DNA of 41,726 nucleotides from Thermodesulfobacteriota bacterium. Lineage in GTDB: Bacteria; Desulfobacterota_D; UBA1144; Nemesobacterales; UBA2774. This document shows, piece after piece, positions 36,151 to 41,726 of this stretch (the first letter of the stretch is position 1; the number at the start of each line of letters is the position of its first letter). The notes under the pieces are model-generated. The model saw nothing but the letters and a program-made list of their open reading frames with translations. It was not told where the DNA came from and made no database searches. The stretch is from NCBI GenBank assembly GCA_040880385.1, contig JBBDIN010000047.1, forward strand, positions 1 through 41,726, in the 5' to 3' direction. A program made the translations under genes and the position numbers.

Positions 36151-37473
36151 ATGTCTAATGAAAAAACTATTACTGTTGTAGGTGGTGGGCTTGCAGGTTC
36201 TGAAGCAGCTCATCAGATAGCAAAGCTCGGAATAAAGGTCAAATTAGTAGAAATGAGGCCTGTGAAAATATCCCCTGCACACAACTCTGACAACCTCGGA
36301 GAGCTTGTATGCAGCAACTCTCTTAAGTCGGACTCTTTAGACAATGCAAGCGGAATACTTAAAGCAGAGATGAGGCAGCTCGGATCGCTAATTATCGAAG
36401 CCGCCGACAATAACCGAGTACCTGCAGGGAAAGCACTCGCAGTGGATCGGATTAAATTTGCACAATACATAACCGATCAGATAGAAAGTAACCCGCTAAT
36501 AGATCTTGTCAGAGAAGAATTTGAAAAAATACCGGAGAATTTAGATTCTCCTTTAATTATTGCGAGCGGCCCTCTAACCTCAGAATCTCTATCAGAGAGC
36601 ATAAAAAAGCTGTCCGACTCAGACCATCTTTATTTTTACGACTCCATATCTCCAATCATTGACTCTGAGAGTATTGATCACTCAATTGTCTATAAGGCGT
36701 CAAGATATGAGAATGGAGACCAAGAAGAAGGTGATTATCTAAACTGTCCATTAAATAGAGATCAATATTATGAACTTATAGATGAGCTTCTTACATCTGA
36801 AAAAATTGAAACGCGCGATTTTGAAAAAGGTCTTTATTTTGAAAGCTGTCTTCCGGTGGAAGTAATTGCAGAAAGGGGAAAGGACACTTTAAGATTTGGA
36901 CCAGCCAAGCCTGTCGGACTTAAAGACCCTAGAACCGGGAAAATCCCATATGCAGTAGTTCAGCTTAGATGTGAGAACAAAGAAGCCTCGATGTACAACA
37001 TTGTAGGGTTTCAGACCAAACTTAAATACCCTGAACAGAGAAGAGTCTTCAGAATGATTCCAGGATTAGAAAAAGCTGAATTTATGAGATATGGGAGCAT
37101 GCACCGTAACACCTATATCAATTCCCCAAAACTTATGCGACCTAGCCTACAGGCAAGAAATAACGATATGCTCTTTTTCGCTGGACAAATACTTGGTGTG
37201 GAAGGATATGTTGAATCAAGCGCCATGGGAATCATTGCAGGAATAAATGCAGCAAAAGTAATGAAAGGCGAACCCCCGATAGTCCCCCCCAGGGAAACAG
37301 CACTAGGCTCACTCATAAAATATATAACCGATACACAAGTTAAGAGCTTTCAGCCGATGAATATCAATTTCGGGTTATTCCCGGCAGTTCAAGGGAAAAT
37401 GCAAAAGACAGAAAAGAAAAAACTTATTGCCAAAAACGCATTACAATCTATATCAACCTTTATTTCTCAATAG
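36151..37473 (+). CDS. trmFO: methylenetetrahydrofolate--tRNA-(uracil54-C5)-methyltransferase, FAD-dependent
   Basis: 440-aa ORF with the FAD-binding N-terminus VVGGGLAGSEAAHQIAKLG, plus ELVCSNSLKS, FFAGQILGVEGYVESSAMG and INFGL blocks. Confidence 0.92.
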   Translation: MSNEKTITVVGGGLAGSEAAHQIAKLGIKVKLVEMRPVKISPAHNSDNLGELVCSNSLKSDSLDNASGILKAEMRQLGSLIIEAADNNRVPAGKALAVDRIKFAQYITDQIESNPLIDLVREEFEKIPENLDSPLIIASGPLTSESLSESIKKLSDSDHLYFYDSISPIIDSESIDHSIVYKASRYENGDQEEGDYLNCPLNRDQYYELIDELLTSEKIETRDFEKGLYFESCLPVEVIAERGKDTLRFGPAKPVGLKDPRTGKIPYAVVQLRCENKEASMYNIVGFQTKLKYPEQRRVFRMIPGLEKAEFMRYGSMHRNTYINSPKLMRPSLQARNNDMLFFAGQILGVEGYVESSAMGIIAGINAAKVMKGEPPIVPPRETALGSLIKYITDTQVKSFQPMNINFGLFPAVQGKMQKTEKKKLIAKNALQSISTFISQ

Positions 37474-37585
37474 ATGGCATTGAAAACTAGAATTTTGATC
37501 GTGCCCACCTAAGCTCCGGCAATAATTGTGTATTTTGTATTGAAAATACTTGACTTTTGATAGAAATTATAATAGTTTTAAGATT

Positions 37586-37930
37586 ATGTACGGGCAGCAA
37601 GCAGAAATACGACTACCGGATAAAATATACTTCCGCATCGGGGAAGTAAGTGATTTCACGGACATAAAACCCTACGTGCTTAGGTACTGGGAAAGTGAGT
37701 TTGATGAAATTAACCCCATTAGAAGGAAATCCCAGAGGTTGTACGACAGGGATACTATTTATATAGTTATTAGAATAAAAAATATGCTGTATGAACAGAA
37801 CTTCACAATTGCCGGAGCCAAGAAAAAGCTGAAAGAAGAAGCAAATCAAAAAAGAGTCAGCACTAAAGTAAATGTCTTACTTCACGAAATCCTAAGCGAA
37901 CTTAAATCCATTAAACAAGAACTTGGCTAA
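37586..37930 (+). CDS. small MerR-family transcriptional regulator (HTH domain plus short coiled coil)
   Basis: YFRIGEVSDFTDIKPYVLRYWESEF...RKSQRLYDRDTI is a MerR-type winged HTH. I prefer the ATG at 37586 over the TTG at 37550. No clear RBS is present, so the start is uncertain. Confidence 0.7.
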   Translation: MYGQQAEIRLPDKIYFRIGEVSDFTDIKPYVLRYWESEFDEINPIRRKSQRLYDRDTIYIVIRIKNMLYEQNFTIAGAKKKLKEEANQKRVSTKVNVLLHEILSELKSIKQELG

Positions 37931-37975
37931 TTGCCCAATAGCATTTCCCATAATTTATTAATTCGAACATATAAT

Positions 37976-38052
37976 CGGGGTGTAGCGCAGCTTGGTAGCG
38001 CATCGGTCTGGGGGACCGAGGGTCGCCGGTTCAAGTCCGGCCACCCCGACCA
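37976..38052 (+). tRNA. tRNA-Pro (anticodon GGG), CCA encoded
   Basis: The sequence is CGGGGTGTAGCGCAGCTTGGTAGCGCATCGGTCTGGGGGACCGAGGGTCGCCGGTTCAAGTCCGGCCACCCCGACCA. All stems pair by hand, and the anticodon loop is CTGGGGG with G37. Confidence 0.95.
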
Positions 38053-38058
38053 CTTTTA

Positions 38059-38078
38059 CCCTTTTCTTTGAAGAAGGG
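38059..38078 (+). terminator. weak hairpin after tRNA-Pro (possible terminator)
   Basis: CCCTTTT-ctttga-AGAAGGG forms a 7-bp stem including one G-U pair. It is followed only by ATTTAAT, so the U-tract is poor. Confidence 0.3.
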
Positions 38079-38139
38079 ATTTAATCATGTATTTTGTATT
38101 GCTTGATTAAATCTATCCAATCTGTTGATATCAGAGCTT

Positions 38140-38895
38140 ATGTCTAAACGAATCCTAATCTCAAACGACGACGGAATAAATTCAGAAGGTATTCATAAAC
38201 TTCATGAGACCCTCAAAAAACTTGGCGAGGTATATGTCGTAGCGCCCGATAGAGATCAAAGCGCCGTGAGCCATTCCCTTACCCTCTTCCGCCCTCTTAG
38301 GCTGGATCAAATCTCAGAATTTGTATATACCGTAGACGGAACACCCACAGACTGCATTAACCTGGCAATAAACGGAATTCTAAGAAACAAGAAACCCGAT
38401 TTAGTAGTCTCCGGAATAAATAAAGGGGAGAACCTTGGTGATGATATAACCTATTCAGGCACTGTTAGCGCCGCTATGGAGGGAACGCTTTTAGGAATAC
38501 CCTCAATTGCCATATCACTTGTTGGAAGAAACGACTTTAATTTTGATTACGCCCTTCACCACACAGACCTAATTGTAAAATATGTTTTAGAAAATGGACT
38601 CCCTCAGGACACTTTGCTTAATGTGAATATCCCTAACGCCCCTGCTCACGAGATCGGGGGAATTAGAATTACAAAACAAGGGAAACGTCTATATGACGAG
38701 CCTATTGTAGAGAAAGTAGACCCCAGAGGCAAAAAGTACTACTGGATCGGCGGAAACGAGCTTGGGTTCTTGGATATAGAGAATTCAGACCTTGTGGCTG
38801 TAAAAGAGGGATATGTTTCTGTAACACCAATTGGTCTTGATCTTACAAACTTTGGCCATATTGATAAACTGAAAATAGACTTATTAGAGGAATAA
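38140..38895 (+). CDS. surE: 5'/3'-nucleotidase SurE
   Basis: It carries the ILISNDDGINSEGI N-terminus and GTPTDC, SGINKGENLGDDITYSGTVSAAMEG blocks. I prefer the ATG at 38140 (MSKRILISNDDG). Confidence 0.92.
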   Translation: MSKRILISNDDGINSEGIHKLHETLKKLGEVYVVAPDRDQSAVSHSLTLFRPLRLDQISEFVYTVDGTPTDCINLAINGILRNKKPDLVVSGINKGENLGDDITYSGTVSAAMEGTLLGIPSIAISLVGRNDFNFDYALHHTDLIVKYVLENGLPQDTLLNVNIPNAPAHEIGGIRITKQGKRLYDEPIVEKVDPRGKKYYWIGGNELGFLDIENSDLVAVKEGYVSVTPIGLDLTNFGHIDKLKIDLLEE

Positions 38896-38896
38896 T

Positions 38897-39484
38897 ATGT
38901 TTAGAAAACTTTATAATTGGGTGTTGGGCTGGGCTGACACTAAATATGGGGTACCAGCACTAGCAATTGTTTCATTTGCAGAATCTTCTTTTTTCCCAAT
39001 CCCTCCCGATCCGCTTTTGATGGCTCTATCATTAGGTAAGCCTAAAAAAGCATTCTGGTACGCTTTTGTTTGCTCAGCAATGTCAGTCTTAGGAGGCATA
39101 ACCGGATATTTCATTGGATGGGCACTATGGGATCTACTAAGCGGGTTCTTTTTCACATATGTATTCAGCCCTGAGGTGTTTGAATATGTAGGAGAGCAAT
39201 ATAAACAAAATGCCTTCCTAACAATCTTGGGTGCGGCGATAACACCAATTCCTTACAAAGTTTTTACAGTAACCGCTGGCGTCTTTCATATAAGCTTTTT
39301 ATACCTAGTTATTGCCTCCGCAATTGGCCGTTCTGCCAGGTTTTTCATCGAAGCAGGGCTAATTTATTTCTTCGGCGAAAAAATAAGAAATTTTATAGAC
39401 AAATACTTTAATCTGCTACTTATACTATTCTTTGTATTGATAGTACTTGCAGTTGTCATTATTAAATTACTATTAAAAAATTAG
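38897..39484 (+). CDS. YqaA/DedA-superfamily (VTT domain) membrane protein
   Basis: 195-aa polytopic ORF with the FAESSFFPIPPDPLLMAL motif typical of YqaA-like proteins. The ATG is 1 nt after the surE stop. Confidence 0.75.
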   Translation: MFRKLYNWVLGWADTKYGVPALAIVSFAESSFFPIPPDPLLMALSLGKPKKAFWYAFVCSAMSVLGGITGYFIGWALWDLLSGFFFTYVFSPEVFEYVGEQYKQNAFLTILGAAITPIPYKVFTVTAGVFHISFLYLVIASAIGRSARFFIEAGLIYFFGEKIRNFIDKYFNLLLILFFVLIVLAVVIIKLLLKN

Positions 39485-39528
39485 AATCACCAGAGCATCT
39501 ATGCTAAGATAATAGGGAGGGATTAAAT

Positions 39529-40737
39529 ATGGGCGATTTTCATCAAACAGAAACAATATCGACTCTACACAGGCTCAAAAAAGATAATATTAAACAGCTC
39601 GAAGAGCAGTTAAATGAATTTTCCGAAACCCGCCCTATCGCGCTTGTGCTCCCATGCCTATATTCAGAGCTACAAAGAGTGGCTCTTAAGAATATTCTGG
39701 ATAACCTAAAAGATGTTACTTACTTAAATGAAATCATAATAACCATTGGAAAGGCTAGCGAAGATGAGTTTAAACACGCTCAGGAATATTTCTCTATACT
39801 TCCGCAAAATTACAAACTAATATGGGATGACGGGGAAAGAATACAGTCCCTTTTTAACCTCTTAAAAGAAAATGGCCTTGATGTGGGGGAGCGCGGAAAA
39901 GGAAGAGCGGCATGGATTGCCTACGGCTATGTACTGGCAAGAGAAGAAAGTGAAGTAATAGCTCTTCATGATTGCGATGTTCTCACATATAACAGAGAGC
40001 TGCTTGCAAGACTTTGTTACCCAGTTGCAAACCCCAATATGGGTTATGAGTTTTGTAAAGGATATTATCCCAGAGTTACCGATAGGCTGTACGGAAGAGT
40101 AACGAGATTATTTATTTCACCTATTATAAGAGCTCTTAAGAAAATAGTAGGTCAATTACCATTTCTCGTTTACCTAGATAGTTTCAGGTACCCACTTGCG
40201 GGCGAGTTTTCTATGAGTGTTGATCTAGCTAGAATAAACCGCATACCTGCAGATTGGGGACTTGAAGTTGGGTCCCTAGCTGAGGTCTTTAGAAACGTCT
40301 CCATGAAAAGAATTTGCCAAGTAGATCTCGCTGATAACTATGAGCATAAACACCAGGAGGTCTCAGCACATGACGCTGATGGCGGGCTTCTTAAAATGTG
40401 TACGGATATATCTACATCACTTTTTACAACATTATCATCAGAAGGAGTTCAATTTTCAGAAAGTTTATTTAACACCCTTTTTGTAACTTATCTAAGAATA
40501 GCACAGGACACCATAAAGATGTATAACGATGATGCAGATATTAACGGTCTCTTTTTTGACAGACACGCGGAAGGACTCGCCGTTGAAACTTTTGTTCAAG
40601 GTATCAGAATAGCTAGTCAAAAGTTCCTAGAAGATCCTTTTGGATCTCCTCTGATTCCTAACTGGAGTAGGGTTACTTCAGCAATCCCGGACTTCCTGGA
40701 CCAATTAGAACTTGCAGTTGAAGAAGACAATGCCTAA
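39529..40737 (+). CDS. glucosyl-/mannosyl-3-phosphoglycerate synthase-like retaining glycosyltransferase
   Basis: 402-aa soluble ORF with the N-terminus GDFHQTETISTLHRL, a GT-A core with IALHDCD (DxD-like), and ERGKGRAAW. It is translationally coupled to an MpgP-family phosphatase. The sugar specificity cannot be decided by eye. Confidence 0.65.
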   Translation: MGDFHQTETISTLHRLKKDNIKQLEEQLNEFSETRPIALVLPCLYSELQRVALKNILDNLKDVTYLNEIIITIGKASEDEFKHAQEYFSILPQNYKLIWDDGERIQSLFNLLKENGLDVGERGKGRAAWIAYGYVLAREESEVIALHDCDVLTYNRELLARLCYPVANPNMGYEFCKGYYPRVTDRLYGRVTRLFISPIIRALKKIVGQLPFLVYLDSFRYPLAGEFSMSVDLARINRIPADWGLEVGSLAEVFRNVSMKRICQVDLADNYEHKHQEVSAHDADGGLLKMCTDISTSLFTTLSSEGVQFSESLFNTLFVTYLRIAQDTIKMYNDDADINGLFFDRHAEGLAVETFVQGIRIASQKFLEDPFGSPLIPNWSRVTSAIPDFLDQLELAVEEDNA

Positions 40738-41545
40738 GTTTGTAATATTCTCAGACCTAGACGGCACACTCTTAGACAATGAAACTTATTGCTTTCAGGC
40801 TGCCACTCAGGCACTTGATCTTGTTGGGTCAAAAAATATACCTCTTGTATTATGTAGCAGTAAAACTCCTAAAGAAATTGAGCTGTATAAAAGACTACTA
40901 GATAATAATTGCCCATTTATCTCAGAAAACGGCGGGGGAATATTTATTCCCAACACCTACTTCTCAACAGAGTTTACATATGATAGAGAAGTGGATGGAT
41001 ATAAAGTAATTGACCTTGGAGCTTCCAGGGAGATACTTTCAGCTACACTAAGATCAATTAGTAAAGAAACAGGAATTCAAATAAGAGGATTTTCTGATAT
41101 GACTGTTAGCGAAATTACGCATTTAACTGCTCTTGACAAAGATACGGCTAAACTTGCGATGGTGCGTGATCATAGTGAGCCTTTTATTATTCCTGAGGAC
41201 GAAAAATATGCTGCAACTATTGAAGAACAAATTAATCTAAAAGGTTATAGGCATACTAGAGGCGGAAGATTTCATCATATACTAGGTGAAAATGATAAAG
41301 GTAAAGCGGTCAAGATACTGAGCAACCTATATAAATCAGAATTTGGAGATATTAAAACAGTAGCATTAGGTGATAGTCTTAATGATTTGCCGATGCTGAA
41401 AGCGGTTGATATCCCTATTTTAGTTCAGAAACCCGGCGGCAGCTATGATCCAAAGATTAAGATCTCAAACTTAATTTATGCTGATGGAATAGGCCCTTGC
41501 GGATGGAACTCCTCAATCTTGAAGCTGTTTATGAACCTTGGTTAA
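40730..41545 (+). CDS. HAD-IIB mannosyl-/glucosyl-3-phosphoglycerate phosphatase (MpgP/YedP family)
   Basis: It carries FVIFSDLDGTLLDNETY..., IPLVLCSSKT, PFISENGGGIF and GDSLNDLPML motifs. I prefer the ATG at 40730, which overlaps the upstream stop by 8 nt (ATGCCTAA). Confidence 0.85.
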   Translation: MPKFVIFSDLDGTLLDNETYCFQAATQALDLVGSKNIPLVLCSSKTPKEIELYKRLLDNNCPFISENGGGIFIPNTYFSTEFTYDREVDGYKVIDLGASREILSATLRSISKETGIQIRGFSDMTVSEITHLTALDKDTAKLAMVRDHSEPFIIPEDEKYAATIEEQINLKGYRHTRGGRFHHILGENDKGKAVKILSNLYKSEFGDIKTVALGDSLNDLPMLKAVDIPILVQKPGGSYDPKIKISNLIYADGIGPCGWNSSILKLFMNLG

Positions 41546-41596
41546 GATCCTGCTATTATTTGATAGTATTTAAAAGAGCCGGTGGTAAAATTATAA

Positions 41597-41726
41597 ATGG
41601 TGAAGCAAATATATATTAGAAGAAGGAAAAGGCGCCGTAGAAGTACACTTATGCCCTATATTCTTGGGTCATCGGCGATTTTTATCCTATTTTTACTCTT
41701 TATTCACCTCTACCTGATAGACATAT
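41597..41726 (+). CDS. N-terminus of a membrane-anchored protein (3' end outside window), function unknown
   Basis: The ORF reads MVKQIYIRRRKRRRRSTLMPYILGSSAIFILFLLFIHLYLIDI..., that is, a basic cytoplasmic stub followed by a transmembrane helix. No RBS was seen and only 43 codons are visible. Confidence 0.3.
   Translation, partial: MVKQIYIRRRKRRRRSTLMPYILGSSAIFILFLLFIHLYLIDI

Noticed and set aside
1-41726. Window-wide look for CRISPR arrays, IS elements, prophage, toxin-antitoxin or known defence operons
   Set aside because: No regularly spaced repeats, terminal inverted repeats, transposase/integrase/recombinase ORFs or small overlapping TA-like pairs were found. The only tandem repeat is the 2 x 21-nt unit at 33963-34005.

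Overview
This is an AT-rich (judged by eye), densely coding chromosomal segment from a diderm bacterium (BamD, lipobox lipoproteins, SurE). I cannot assign taxonomy from the sequence alone. I support 41 protein-coding genes: one is 5'-truncated, one is 3'-truncated, and one 55-aa gene is absent from the ORF track. I also support 3 tRNAs (Leu-UAA, Cys-GCA, Pro-GGG), two good intrinsic-terminator hairpins plus one weak one, and several sigma70-like promoters. I saw no transposase, integrase, phage, CRISPR, toxin-antitoxin or recognisable defence genes, so the window looks like core genome rather than an island. Gene content in order: rplM'-rpsI, myo-inositol-1-phosphate synthase, a SAM methyltransferase, queC-queE, a cytochrome c/FTR1 iron permease fusion, mutA-mutB-meaB, rimI, a polyprenyl synthase, an SbcC-like ATPase, cvpA, fbp, tRNA-Leu/Cys, phzF-family, panBCD, a cytidylyltransferase / CDP-alcohol phosphatidyltransferase / Asp-Asn hydroxylase trio, an NSS transporter with an overlapping small subunit, two DksA-family genes flanking mtnA and prmA, bamD plus a lipoprotein, an S8 protease, miaB, a DUF151 nuclease, trmFO, a small MerR regulator, tRNA-Pro, surE, yqaA, and a glycosyl-3-phosphoglycerate synthase/phosphatase pair. 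The most interesting items are: (1) a split IPCT/DIPPS-like module whose fused cytidylyltransferase domain looks degenerate and which is coupled to an LpxO-type hydroxylase; (2) a promoter- and RBS-equipped 55-aa hyper-acidic Asp/Glu/Trp/Phe ORF hidden opposite a spurious poly-Ser ORF; (3) a roughly 170-nt terminator-containing leader, or small RNA, in front of panBCD; (4) the cytochrome c-FTR1 fusion with a Fur-box-like site. Several compatible-solute genes (inositol-1-P, DIP-like, glycosylglycerate) are scattered across the window. All family calls rest on motif recognition by eye. No BLAST, HMM or folding computation was possible, so product names are hypotheses at the family level. I found no compelling evidence for a wholly new multi-gene system beyond item 1.
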